In this document: in pieces, positions 1 to 11,544 of the stretch
Position numbering within the stretch: position 1 is the stretch's first letter
How the letters are laid out: every line of letters begins with the position of its first letter
From: Macrostomum lignano
Lineage: Eukaryota
Direction: 5' to 3'
Assembly (NCBI GenBank): GCA_002269645.1
Contig: NIVC01001091.1
Coordinates: 228,289 to 292,288, forward strand
DNA: 64,000 nucleotides
Made by a program: the position numbers and the translations under genes
Notes under the pieces: generated by a model
Told to the model about the DNA's origin: nothing
Seen by the model: the letters and a program-made list of their open reading frames with translations, nothing else
The model's database searches: none

Positions 1-94
1 TCAGTTTGCTAAGTGCGCGGCCACCAAAATTAATAAGCCGATATGTATCGAAAAATAACTTTAAAAACGGGTTTTTTTTTCCATTAATTTGCAG

Positions 95-523
95 GTGAGC
101 GACGAGGAGATGTCGCAAGTCGGCGAAGAGATCGTGCTGCTGGAGAGCCTTATCCTGCCCTGCCTCGGCTTCAACCTGACCATCACGCATCCGCACAATA
201 TGCTTAGTCGGGGCTGTCGCGCTTTGAATCTGCCCAGACCCTTGATCCAGACGGCCTATTACAACTGTACCAATCTGCTGCACCTCACCATGATGGTGCT
301 CAGACTCCGACCGGAGACTCTGGCAGCCGCTTGCGTTCAGATGGCCGCCTCTTGGAGCAACACTGATCTGCCATCCGTCACTGAGACTGACGGCAAGTAT
401 TGGTTTAATTACTTCGATCCCAGCATGACGCCCGAACTGCTCAAAGCTGCCGTAGACGAGTGCATCGCCGAGCTCACTAAAGTGCCGCCAGAGGAGAAGA
501 AGACGGTTAAGCTTCTTACTAAG
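95..523 (+). CDS. CCNT: Cyclin T, internal exon (second cyclin fold); 5' exons lie before the window
   Basis: TTTGCAG acceptor (AG 93-94) and AAG|GTGAG donor at 524. Translation LESLILPCLGFNLTITHPH...TAYYNCTNLLHLT...ACVQMAASWSN...DGKYWFNYFDP resembles cyclin T LESIILQTLGFELTIDHPH...TSYFMATNSLHLT...DGKHWWEYVD. Confidence 0.88.
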
Positions 524-694
524 GTGAGCTATCTGCTTTGCGGCTGTTGGGCCAGTGAGATTGGACCTACGGTGCAAAAATGGTGTAAGCAGTAAGTTTG
601 TACTGTAATAATTGGTAGTGTGTGTTAATGGTGTGGCGTGTTTAGGGGTAGTGTTTAGAGTATAATGTGATTACAGGGTGGTGTGAACAGAAGT

Positions 695-1458
695 AGGGTA
701 GATAGGAGGGGTAGGGTGAACAGGAGGGGGGTAGGGTGAACAGGAGGGGTGCTAGGGTGAACAGGAGGGGTGCTAGGGTGAACAGGAGGGGTGCTAGGGT
801 GAACAGAAGGGGTGGTATGGTGAATAGGAGGGGTGGTAGGGTGAACAAGAGGGGTGATAAAGTGAACAGGAGTGTGCTAGGGTGAACAGGAGGGGTGGTA
901 GGGTGAACAGGAGGGTGGTAGGGTGAACAGGAGGGTGGTAGGGTGAACAGGAGGGGTGGTAGGGTGAACAGGAGGGGTGGTAGGGTGAACAGGAGGGGTG
1001 GTAGGGTGAACAGGAGGGGATAAGGGTGAACAGGAGGGGTGGTAGGGTGAACAGGAGGGGTGGTAGGGTGAACAGGAGGGGATAAGGGTGAACAGGAGGG
1101 GTGGTAGGGTGAACAGGAGGGGTGGTAGGGTGAACAGGAGGGGTGGTAGGGTGAACAGGAGGGGTGGTAGGGTGAACAGGAGGGGATAAGGGTGAACAGG
1201 AGGGGTGGTAGGGTGAACAGGAGGGGTGGTAGGGTGAACAGGAGGGGTGGTAGGGTGAACAGGAGGGGTGGTAGGGTGAACAGGAGGGGTGGTAGGGTGA
1301 ACAGGAGGGGTGGTAGGGTGAACAGGAGGGGTGGTAGGGTGAACAGGAGGGGTGGTAGGGTGAACAGGAGGGGTGGTGGGGTGAACAGGAGGGGTGGTGG
1401 GGTGAATAGGAGGGGTGCTAGGGTGAACAGGAGGGTGTTAGGGTGAACAGGAGGGGTA
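695..1458. repeat. 21-bp G-rich minisatellite AGGGTGAACAGGAGGGGTGGT in cyclin T intron
   Basis: About 35 tandem near-identical units read directly from the sequence. Confidence 0.95.
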
Positions 1459-1774
1459 ATGTGCGAGTAGAGTCGAATATTCGATTCTATTTTAAAGCGA
1501 CGAAAAGTTTTAAACGGTAATGTCCACTAGCAAGCCAAAGCAAAATATAACTGAGGAATTTGGCAGCTCACAAGCGAAATAAAAATTGCGCCAAATTCTC
1601 AATGCTTAACTAGAGCTTGCTTACATGATCGATCAGTGCCATCAATAGCTGCTTGACATTTCCAGTCAGACAAAGTGGAACTTGCAGTTCGCAGAGGGAC
1701 TTACAATTTATTTAACTGGACCCACGTGATTAATCAGCTAAAGTTAAGAAGCTTAGCTACGAGCCGCATTTTAC

Positions 1775-2660
1775 CAGATCATCCTCAGGCTGGGTTGCCA
1801 CCCTCCCAGATCCTCAGGTTGAGTAATCCATCCTCCCAGATCCTCAGACTGGGTTGCCATTGCCACTCTCCCAGATCCTCAGACTGAGTTGCCACCCTCC
1901 CAGATCCTCAGGCTGAGTTGCCACCCTCCCAGATCCTCAGACTGGGTTGCCACCCTCCCAGATCCTCAGACTGGGTTGCCACCCTCCCAGATCCTCAGGT
2001 TTAGTATCCACCCTCCCAGATCCTCAGACTGGGTTGCCACCCTCCCAGATCCTCAGGTTTAGTATCCACCCTCCCAGATCCTCAGACTGGGTTGCCACCC
2101 TCCCAGATCCTCAGGTTTAGTATCCACCCTCCCAGATCCTCAGGTTTAGTATCCACCCTCCCAGATCCTCAGGTTTAGTATCCACCCTCCCAGATCCTCA
2201 GGTTTAGTATCCACCCTCCCAGATCCTCAGACTGGGTTGCCACCCTCCCAGATCCTCAGGTTTAGTATCCACCCTCCCAGATCCTCAGGTTTAGTATCCA
2301 CCCTCCCAGATCCTCAGGTTTAGTATCCACCCTCCCAGATCCTCAGACTGGGTTGCCACCCTCCCATATCCTCAGGCTGAGTTGCCACCCTCCCAGATCC
2401 TCAGACTGAGTATCCACCCTCCCAGATCCTCAGGCTGAGTTGCCACCCTCCCAGATCCTCAGACGGGATTGCCACCCTCCAAGATTCTCAGGTTGAGTAT
2501 CCACCCTCCCAGATCCTCAGACTGGGTTGCCACCCTCCCAGATCCTCAGACTGGGTTGCCACCCTCCCAGATCCTCAGACTGGGTTGCCACCCTCCCAGA
2601 TCCTCAGACTGGGTTGCCACCCTCCCAGATCCTCAAGCTGTTCGCGGCCACCCTTCCAAA
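1775..2660. repeat. 29-bp minisatellite CCCTCCCAGATCCTCAGACTGGGTTGCCA with an AGGTTTAGTATCCA variant
   Basis: About 30 tandem units; the same core recurs at 20735-20905. Confidence 0.95.
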
Positions 2661-2769
2661 TCCAGGTGAATTCTGTTTAACTTGTTTGAGCACTGGGTTA
2701 GAGCACTAGAGCACTGTTAGAGGAGTTTCAACAGAAACATCTGATAACCGCGGCTTAACCAACCCGCAG

Positions 2770-3158
2770 GCGGCTCCCACCCCAAGCCAGCTCATGCAGC
2801 TGCAGCAGCAGCAGATTGCTAAGCGTCAACAGGATCGCGAAGCCGCTGCGAAAGCTGCCAAAGCCGCCGCCGCCGCAGCCGCGGCCAGCGCATCAACTTC
2901 AACAGATGCCAGTTCGGCCCCGTCAGCATCTGGCGACTCTTCATCAGCTGCGACAGCAGCAGCAGCAGCTGCTGTCACGCAGCACAGCCGGCCAGCAGCG
3001 GCCCTAACGATTGACGAGTACAAAAAGCGGCGTCAAAACGACGCGGCAGCAGCGGCGCAGTCGGCTGCTGGCGCCGGCAAGCCTTCCGGCCCGGCTTATC
3101 ATCATCATCAGCAGCAGCAGCAGCAGCGACAGCAGCTTCCTTGGTTGCAGCATCACAG
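2770..3158 (+). CDS. CCNT: Cyclin T exon, Ala/Ser/Gln-rich linker containing LTIDEYKKRR
   Basis: CCCGCAG acceptor (phase 0, matches previous exon) and CACAG|GTGAGT donor at 3159 (phase 2); open frame of ORF 2794..3162. Confidence 0.8.
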
Positions 3159-3194
3159 GTGAGTGCAATAAATTGACTCATACGTTTGGCTCTT

Positions 3195-3375
3195 GCCTTG
3201 AGCATTGGCATCTCATCAACCCCTCCCCCCTTGAGCATTGGCATCTCCTCAACCCCCCCTTGAGCATTGGCATCTCATCAATTCCCCCTTGAGCATTGGC
3301 ATCTTATCAACCCCCCTGAGCATTGGCATCTCATCAATTCCCCCTTGAGCATTGGCATCTCATCAATTCCCCCTT
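3195..3375. repeat. About 30-bp tandem repeat CCCTTGAGCATTGGCATCTCATCAA in short cyclin T intron
   Basis: About 6 copies visible. Confidence 0.9.
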
Positions 3376-3426
3376 TAAGCCCTATTTACTATATGTGACA
3401 AACGATTTAATCCAATTTTTACACAG

Positions 3427-3757
3427 GCAACAGCAGCAGCAATCGCAGCTGCAACAGCAGCATCACAATAATCATCAGCATCATTCGCATCATTCTGGCC
3501 AGCATCCGCATCATTCTGGCCAGCATCCGAATCATCATTATCGTCAACAGCAGCATCAGCATCATCATCATCATTCGCGTCCGGGTCTGTCCGGCTCAGC
3601 ATCCTCGTCGGCCTCCGGATCAGCCGTCGTGCCGCCCAGCCTCTCCGGTTCGAAGCGACCGCACCACGCCGTGCCCGGCGATTTCTCTTCGTCAGCTGGC
3701 GACGCCAATCAGTCTAAAAAGCACAAACCTAGCCTGCCTCACTACTTTACTAAGTAG
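3427..3757 (+). CDS. CCNT: Cyclin T terminal exon, His-rich domain and basic C-terminus
   Basis: TTTTTACACAG acceptor with phase 2 completing AGG; encodes HHNNHQHHSHH...HHHHHSR and SKKHKPSLPHYFTK, then TAG at 3755-3757. Confidence 0.8.
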
Positions 3758-4195
3758 CAAGTTTATATAGTAGCCAATTAACTGGGTGGTTGCTTAATAA
3801 CGGACGTTTTGTTTTCTTTATAATTTCTCTTACGCTGGGTCGTGCTTTGGCTTTGATTTAGAATTAACCACAGATGCTCGAATAGCTAGGTTTGTCAATC
3901 GCAAAAATGAGCTTTTTGCGTTTTTATTAAGTAAAATATTTCATTGAATTTGTCAAAAACTTTTGGTAGCTGCAATAACAAGCAGACTCATAAATTAAGC
4001 ATCTTCATCCTGTTTTTCTGACTCCAGACTGCCCCAGGCTCAAAATTATTTTACAAGAAACCAATTTAAGTTTGAAGTCTGTTGGAGAACTTGAAAAACC
4101 AAATCTAGTGCGTGTGCATCGCGAGCAAGAGAAAAGAGGGACACCCCATCCCCAGCCCAAACAGTGGACTGTCAGACTTTGGCCCTCTCCTTAGG

Positions 4196-4490
4196 TCCTT
4201 ACTGCTCTCTCATTGGCTGAGCTGGAATTAGGCCTGCCCCCCCCCGCTAGGCTGTTTTGTTCGTCCAACTTTGACCTCTCTCCTTACTGCTCTCTCATTG
4301 GCTGAGCTGGAATTGGGCCTGCCCCCCACTAGGACGTTTTGTTTGTCTAACTTTGACCTCTCTCCTTACTGCTCTCTCATTGGCTGAGCTGGAATTGGGC
4401 CTGCCCCCCACCAGGACGTTTTGTTTGTCTAACTATAATCTCTCTCTCCTTACTGCTCTCTCATTGGCTGAGTTGAAATTGGCCTGTCCC
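4196..4490. repeat. About 82-bp tandem repeat (3.5 copies), each with a reverse CCAAT box (CTCATTGGCTGA)
   Basis: The unit CCTTACTGCTCTCTCATTGGCTGAGCTGGAATTGGGCCTGCCCCCC... starts four times. Confidence 0.85.
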
Positions 4491-5074
4491 TAAACTGAGT
4501 TTTGTCTATCTTACGTGATTTATTCTTAACCTTAGAAACCTTAACCTTGGCTGCAAACCTCAGCCAACCCCGAAAAAGGAAATGAAATTTTAACTGCCAC
4601 AATATATTTAAGTGACTCTGCGCAGAAAAACTACTGGAAAAAGTGTAGACGATGTACTTTTTCACAACTTTTTTCGCGACTGACATATCCAGTTAATATA
4701 CGAGTAGTATCTGTGGCATTAGCTAGATTAGATTAGAAAGATTTATAATTACTCGTACATGCGAGTTCATGTACCGTGAAATTGGTAGCTACTGTCTGTG
4801 TGTGCTTTTTTATATATTCTGCTTGTGTTTTCTCTCTGTGTTGACTTGTCTTATTCAGTACGTGTTAATTTATTATTTATGTAGAATTACAGAAAACTGC
4901 TATTAATTGACCTGCTGGATAACGTCTGAGCCGCTGTAAAATTATAAACTACCAGTGTGATTATGTCTCAGTACAAACAATACAAACTGCACAGATCATA
5001 TAGAGACTATCATCACTCTTAAGTCTCCAAGGAATTTGAAAATATTCACAGTAAATCGCTCCATTGGCAGCATT

Positions 5075-6570
5075 GCCTTAGCAACTGTACCATTCCCTTA
5101 GCAACTGTACCATTCCCTTAGCAACTGTACCATTCCCTTAGTAACTGTACCATTCCCTTAGCAACTGTACCATTCCCTTAGCAACTATACCATTCCTTTA
5201 ATAACAGTACCATTCCCTTAGCAACGTACCATTCCCTTAGCAACGTACCATTCCCTTAGCAACGTACCATTCCCTTAGCAACTGTACCATTCCCTTAGCA
5301 ACTGTACCATTCCCTTAGCAACTGTACCATTCCCTTAGCAACTGTACCATTCCCTTAGCAACTGTACCATTCCTTTAATAACTGTACCATTCCCTTAGCA
5401 ACTGTACCATTCCCTTAGCAACTGTACCATTCCCTTAGCAACTATACCATTCCCTTAGCAACTGTACCATTCCTTTAATAACTGTACCATTCCCTTAGCA
5501 ACTGTACCATTCCCTTAGCAACTGTACCATTCCCTTAGTAACTGTACCATTCCCTTAGCAACTGTACCATTCCCTTAGCAACTGTACCATTCCCTTAGCA
5601 ACTGTACCATTCCTTTAATAACTGTACCATTCCCTTAGCAACTGTACCATTCCCTTAGCAACTGTACCATTCCCTTAGCAACTATACCATTCCCTTAGCA
5701 ACTGTACCATTCCTTTAATAACTGTACCATTCCCTTAGCAACTGTACCATTCCCTTAGCAACTGTACCATTCCCTTAGCAACTGTACCATTCCTTTAATA
5801 ACTGTACCATTCCCTTAGCAACTGTACCATTCCCTTAGCAACTGTACCATTCCCTTAGCAACTATACCATTCCCTTAGCAACTGTACCATTCCCTTAGTA
5901 ACTGTACCATTCCCTTAGCAACTGTACCATTCCCTTAGCAACTATACCATTCCCTTAGCAACTGTACCATTCCTTTAATAACTGTACCATTCCCTTAGCA
6001 ACTGTACCATTCCCTTAGCAACTGTACCATTCCCTTAGCAACTGTACCATTCCCTTTGCAACAGTACCATTCCCTTAGCAACTATACCATTACCTTAGCA
6101 ACTGTACCATTCCCTTAGCAACAGTACCATTCCCTTAGCAACTATACCATTACCTTAGCAACTGTACCATTACCTTAGCAACTGTACCATTCCCTTAGCA
6201 ACTGTACCATTCCCTTAGCAACTATACCATTCCCTTAGCAACTATACCATTACCTTAGCAACTGTACCATTCCCTTAGCAACTATACCATTCCCTTAGCA
6301 ACTATACCATTACCTTAGCAACTGTACCATTCCCTTAGCAACTATACCATTCCCTTAGCAACTATACCATTACCTTAGCAACTGTACCATTCCCTTAGCA
6401 ACTATACCATTCCCTTAGCAACTATACCATTACCTTAGCAACTATACCATTACCTTAGCAACTGTACCATTCCCTTATCAACTGTACCATACCCTTAGCA
6501 TCTGTACCGTTTCCATAGCAACTGTACCATAACCTTAGCAACTGTACCATACCGTTTCCATAGCAACTGT
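5075..6570. repeat. 20-bp minisatellite TCCCTTAGCAACTGTACCAT
   Basis: About 75 tandem units with recurring variants (TCCTTTAATA, TACCTTAGC). Confidence 0.97.
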
Positions 6571-7649
6571 ACCATCCCAAAGAAGTGCAAAAAAGCGTCG
6601 GAAAGTAAAGCGAAAGCAATTATTTTCTTCCAAATATCGCTAGATCAGTCCTTGCTGTATACAGTTAAAATTACCTAAAAAATCAAACAGGTCAATAGGA
6701 TTAAATTATGCATTAATTATCTTGCTTAATTGCGTTACTGTTGCGTGTTTCACAGCATTTCTTTAATTATAAATATGAAGCATTATCTGTCTCATTTGTT
6801 CCACCCCTAACCTGCTTGTGGATGAATTATAAAAAAGGAATAAAAGTTATAAAAAAGCATAATCACTATCCAGCACCGCTGCGTTTACCTGTCTGTTCGT
6901 AAATTGCCAAAAAATCTTCAAAAACATAAAAGTTACACATATTTTTGTTTTCTTTTCGTTTATAAATTTTTGTACTTGGCCACAGTCGTGTTGTAATTCG
7001 CAGTGTATGCTATGCTCACTGCTGCTATAGTAATATATGTTTGTAATAACAATAATAATAATATTATTACCGATAGAACGCCGACTGCAAGCGAATATTT
7101 AATTCTATTGCTGAGGCGGCTCAGTGCAGGACAAATAAAAAATCCCGAGTTAATAATTTTGGACATTTTCAGTCCAAAAAATGATTATGCCGAATCTGCA
7201 CTTTATTCATTTTATGTAGATTTTATAAGTTAGTAGTTCTCACATAGCCATTAAAATAGAGCTGTACAATAGAAGTTCTTATTGGCTCGTGGAATTCTCA
7301 ATTACTACTACTTACTTAAGTAGAAAGATGGGAATTTTGGAAATTTTTAGGTAGCAGGTATTTCAGAAAAACATACACTACGGAGATAGGAAGTTTTCAC
7401 TTTTGAGCTTAAAAAGTTTATTACTTTCGATGGAAGGCAGGCCCAATGTTCATATTTTGATATGTTGGTCAGTCTTATAGCTCTATTGATATTTATAGAG
7501 TCTTTCGTTTCGAAAATTAAGACAATTAGAAAGTTAGAGATATCTCCGTAGTGAGTTTTTTTTCTCGAAAAAACCCTGCTTTCTAAAATTTTCCCAAGAA
7601 TTATTGAATTATTAGTTTAAAATTGCTATTTAACAAACAAACAAAATTC

Positions 7650-8180
7650 ATGGAAAAACCAAAGCAGATCGAAGCCAAAGGCGGTCGTTTTGTTGGCCCG
7701 CTAAATCTTCTCTTGACTGTGTCGCTCAATGTTTTTGTGTTCAGATTTCTGCCGCCAATCACTGCGCCCTGGCTGCTGCCAGCTACTGTTAGTAGTGCTA
7801 TTAGTAGTGGCGATGACGTCAGTAGAGCCGCTGGTTTGAGTGTGGCCGCCACTTGGCTGGCGCCGCCGGCTCTGATGGCGGCTTTGCTGCCCGCGGCGTC
7901 CCGCAGCCTGCCAGTTCTTGGGGACACCTTCGCCACTGAGTCGCTGGTGCACAGTCTGCTGACGCTGATCAACATGCTGGCCGGCGCCGCGGCTGCTCCT
8001 CGCCTGCTGCTGCCCCTGCTGCCGTTGTTCTCCATCTATTACTGCCTGTGCCGCTTGCTCTGCCTGCTGACTGGCTGGCTGGCTCCCGGTCGGCTGCCTC
8101 TGGTGCAGTTTGCCCGACTGTTTGTGCCTAATGTGTTGCTGCTCATCTTTAACTGCTATGCCGCTCTGGCTGGGCTTTGA
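7650..8180 (+). CDS. Hypothetical multi-pass membrane protein (176 aa if single exon); could instead be a terminal exon starting at acceptor 7745
   Basis: ATG at 7650, open to TGA 8178-8180. GC-rich and CTG-rich island in AT-rich flanks, with 4-5 hydrophobic segments. No family recognised. Confidence 0.55.
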   Translation: MEKPKQIEAKGGRFVGPLNLLLTVSLNVFVFRFLPPITAPWLLPATVSSAISSGDDVSRAAGLSVAATWLAPPALMAALLPAASRSLPVLGDTFATESLVHSLLTLINMLAGAAAAPRLLLPLLPLFSIYYCLCRLLCLLTGWLAPGRLPLVQFARLFVPNVLLLIFNCYAALAGL

Positions 8181-8189
8181 CTGCCCGCG

Positions 8190-8450
8190 TGCTTATAGTT
8201 GGGGGTTCATCTGAGGTCACCGATAGTTGGGGGTTCATCTGAGGTCACCGATAGTTGTGGCTTCATCTGAGGTCACTGATAGTTGTGGCTTCATCTGAGG
8301 TCACCGATAGTTGTGGCTTCATCTGAGGTCACCGATAGTTGTAGGTTCATCTAAGGTCACTTATAGTTGTGGGTTCATCTAAGGTCACCGATAGTTGTAG
8401 GTTCATCTAAGGTCACTGATATCTGTTGGCTCATCTGAGGTCACAAATAG
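8190..8450. repeat. 28-bp tandem repeat GATAGTTGTGGCTTCATCTGAGGTCACC
   Basis: About 9 copies directly after the 8180 stop codon. Confidence 0.9.
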
Positions 8451-8974
8451 TCGGTCATCCAAAAGCACTTATTAGCACTTGATCATATAAAGGCACTTAA
8501 CCCTTAAGTAAGATTTAATTGTAATATTACAATGGTGCTATGATGTACCAGAAATGATTCAAATTTGTAAAAAAATGTTTTTCTCTACAATTTTTTTTTC
8601 TATTGTGATTCTTCCCTTAATCGCTATTACCAATTTCTCGTAGCATTTTGCGATGATTAAAATTTTTTGTTTTACTGATTCTTTTTTTACTTGAGTCAGT
8701 TTTCTGATATGCTTAGCGACAATCTAATAAATAAAAAACGATGACAGATAGTTAATATTTTTTCTTTCTAATTAAGAATATCTCTGTTATTGAGTCTGAC
8801 TAAATTTTTGTAGCTTTACTCCTTCGACCTGGGCACGAATGTAGACTATTAAAGCAGGGTCCCACTCACTTTTTAACATTTAGAGAGCGTAATAACTTAT
8901 TTTTCTTCAAATTCGGCTTTCTTTATAAAGTGGCTCCCCTCTAAAGACTGATAGTTTAAGAAAAAAAGACAGGT

Positions 8975-9500
8975 AGGTAGAAAAATAGATAGGTGGGTGG
9001 GTGAGTTGGTAGACAGATGGTTGGTAGATAGATGGGTGGGTAGATAGATGGGTTGGTAGATAGATGGGTGGGTAAATAGATGGGCTGGTAAATAGATGGA
9101 TTGGTAGATAGATGGGTTGGTAGATAGATGGGTGGGTAAATAGATGGGCTGGTAAATAGATGGATTGGTAGATAGATGGGTTGGTAGATAGATGGTTTGG
9201 TAGATAAGATGGATTGGTAGCTAGATGGGTGGGTAAATAGATGGGTTGGTAGATAGATGGGTTGTTAAATAGATGGGTTGGTAGATAGATGGGTTGGTAG
9301 ATAGATGGGTTCGTAGACAGATCAGTTGGTAGATAGATGGTTGGTAGATACGAGTAGATGGGTGGGTAGATAGATGGGTTGGTAGATAGATGGATGGTAG
9401 ATACGAGTAGATGGGTGGGTAGATAGATGGGTTGGTAGATAGATGCATGAATGGGTGGGTGGGTAGAGACCATGGTATATGGATAGTTGTGTAGATAGAT
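8975..9500. repeat. 16-bp GATGGGTTGGTAGATA compound micro/minisatellite
   Basis: Tandem degenerate units upstream of the DHX9 start. Confidence 0.9.
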
Positions 9501-9593
9501 TGGCAGTTAGACTGGAGACTGGGAAGTTACAGACTTATAACAGATTCAAGCCTAGCCTCCAATCCGATCCAATTGTGCGGCAATTGCAGCCTC

Positions 9594-9707
9594 ATGTCCG
9601 ACATCAAAGCATTCCTATACGGCTGGCTTGGCACCAGAAAATACCAGCCACCCGCGTACGAAGTGCGCCAAGAATCCGGCCGGGGACGGTCCCGGTTTGT
9701 TTGCGAT
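9594..9707 (+). CDS. DHX9: ATP-dependent RNA helicase A (DHX9/maleless) exon 1, start of dsRBD1
   Basis: MSDIKAFLYGWLGTRKYQPPAYEVRQ...RFVCD resembles DHX9 MGDVKNFLYAWCGKRK; GAT|GTAAGA donor at 9708. Confidence 0.9.
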
Positions 9708-9839
9708 GTAAGACAGCTTGGATTTGTTGCTGATCCTTTTTAAACTGAGTGTTTTATGTCACCATTGATCTTGTCACACTCGTAGATGAACCCACTCATT
9801 ATAACTGTACTATTAATTAACAAACAAATAATTAAAAAA

Positions 9840-10078
9840 GACACTAAGACACGGTCAGACAGACAGACACACTAAGACATGGTCAGACAGACACTAAGAC
9901 ACAGTCAGACAGACACTAAGACACAGAGACAGACAGACACTAAGACACAGTCAGACAGACACTAAGACATGGTCTGTCAGACAGACAGTAAGACCAGAGA
10001 CAGACAGACAGAGTCAGACAGACACTAAGACATAGAGACAGACAGACAGAGTCAGACAGACAGACAGACAGACAGACC
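9840..10078. repeat. GACA/GACACTAA compound microsatellite, DHX9 intron 1
   Basis: Read directly; a similar motif occurs at 46183-46685. Confidence 0.85.
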
Positions 10079-10113
10079 TTATTACCTACCTATTCCTCAC
10101 CACCGACCCGCAG

Positions 10114-10455
10114 CTCCGAGTGGACAGTTTCGACTATGTAGCCCGCGGCAGCTCCACAAGCAAGAAGGACGCGCAGACTAATGCAGCCAGAGATTTTGTA
10201 GCCTATTTGGTCAGGCAGGGTCAAATGACGGCCGCTGAAGTGCCCCAGTTTACTCAGGACTCGCTAGAATGCTCGGCTATTGGCGGCGCTGGCCCCTATC
10301 AGAAACCGGTGATGGCTGGCGGCGGTCCGGTCGGGTTCGAGGCCGCTGCTGCCGACCAGGCTGGCATAGGAGGTGGCGGCCCGCAAACTGGCGCTCTGGG
10401 GGGACCCAGGCATGGCTATATCGATAGAATTGCCGATCAGAAGCGATTGGAAGAG
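10114..10455 (+). CDS. DHX9: DHX9 exon 2, end of dsRBD1 plus Gly-rich linker
   Basis: CCCGCAG acceptor; GSSTSKKDAQTNAARDFVAYLVR matches the dsRBD1 motif GNSTNKKDAQSNAARDFVNYLVR; GAG|GTGGGT donor. Confidence 0.93.
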
Positions 10456-10970
10456 GTGGGTTCGGTGATGCATTGGATTTAATCCAAGATGTGTTTGCCA
10501 AAGGAAAGATTTGAGCTTTTGTCTATGGTAGCAAGGGTGGCAGCAGCTCCTCAGAATACGCTTTCTCTGCAACTCGCAACAGCGCGAAAATCAACTACTG
10601 AACTCAATTTCGTCAGTAGTCTCTGCAGTGCATGCATCATTGTTAGTTTGATTGAGTAGCTTTTTATTTAACTCATTTGTGGGCATGTCTGAGATACGAA
10701 AGTTCCATTCCACTGAGATACATATCTACTCTTACTAAACGAGAAGTTCTATCAAATTCTCAAAAAATAGCGTCCATTTTCCTAAGCTACTGAACTCATG
10801 TCAGCTTTTTCACACAAGTGACCAAAAAAAGGGTCGCACTTTCCCTATTACCGCAATACAAAGCGGCGCCTATCTAGAGAATATAAAATCTATGGGCCCA
10901 AGCCGCTGTGCCGGCCTTGCTACCATAGACAAAAGCTCTATTATACCTGTTGATATGATTCTTATCGCAG

Positions 10971-11113
10971 GCCGAGGAAGTTGACTTCACAGCCGACATC
11001 CACGGAGGCTGGACCATAGACAATGCCAAGAGCCGGCTGCACCAGTACCTGCAGACGACTAAACAAGGCAAAATCGATTATCACTATAGTTCTATTGGCC
11101 CGGATCATCGAAG
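10971..11113 (+). CDS. DHX9: DHX9 exon 3, start of dsRBD2
   Basis: TCGCAG acceptor; AEEVDFTADIHGGWTIDNAKSRLHQYLQ...IGPDHR; AG|GTAGT donor (phase 2). Confidence 0.9.
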
Positions 11114-11544
11114 GTAGTAACTGCTTGTACTTTTATATTTGGATTGATTTAATAGCATTGATAAGAAGGCACCAGACTCACCTGTTGCGGCGAAAGTTTT
11201 CCCTAATCTATAAATCAAATCACTTGGCATCAAATTGGTGCTCAATATACATTTTGTTGCCAAGCGGAGCTAGGTAAAATTTACTATAATTTAATGGCGG
11301 CCTAAATTGTGAGGAAATGTTGATTATGCTACTTACAAGTAATATAAACAGCGGCAGTACAAAACAATCTATTAGGTCAACCAGAATAAAAACTATTCCT
11401 CACATTTTAGGCCGCCGTCTTCTCTCTGTTACAGTACATTGTGCATGGTTTTTTGTTCGAATGGCCCAACTGGTGAGTCTGAGTGCATTCGTATTATTGA
11501 TGTTGTTTATTTCAGTCTTAGTTAAATCAGCAGATTCGCCATTA

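Noticed and set aside
7650-7760. RFT1-like motif LNVFVFRFL
   Set aside because: The similarity is limited to about 9 residues; the rest and the length do not fit.
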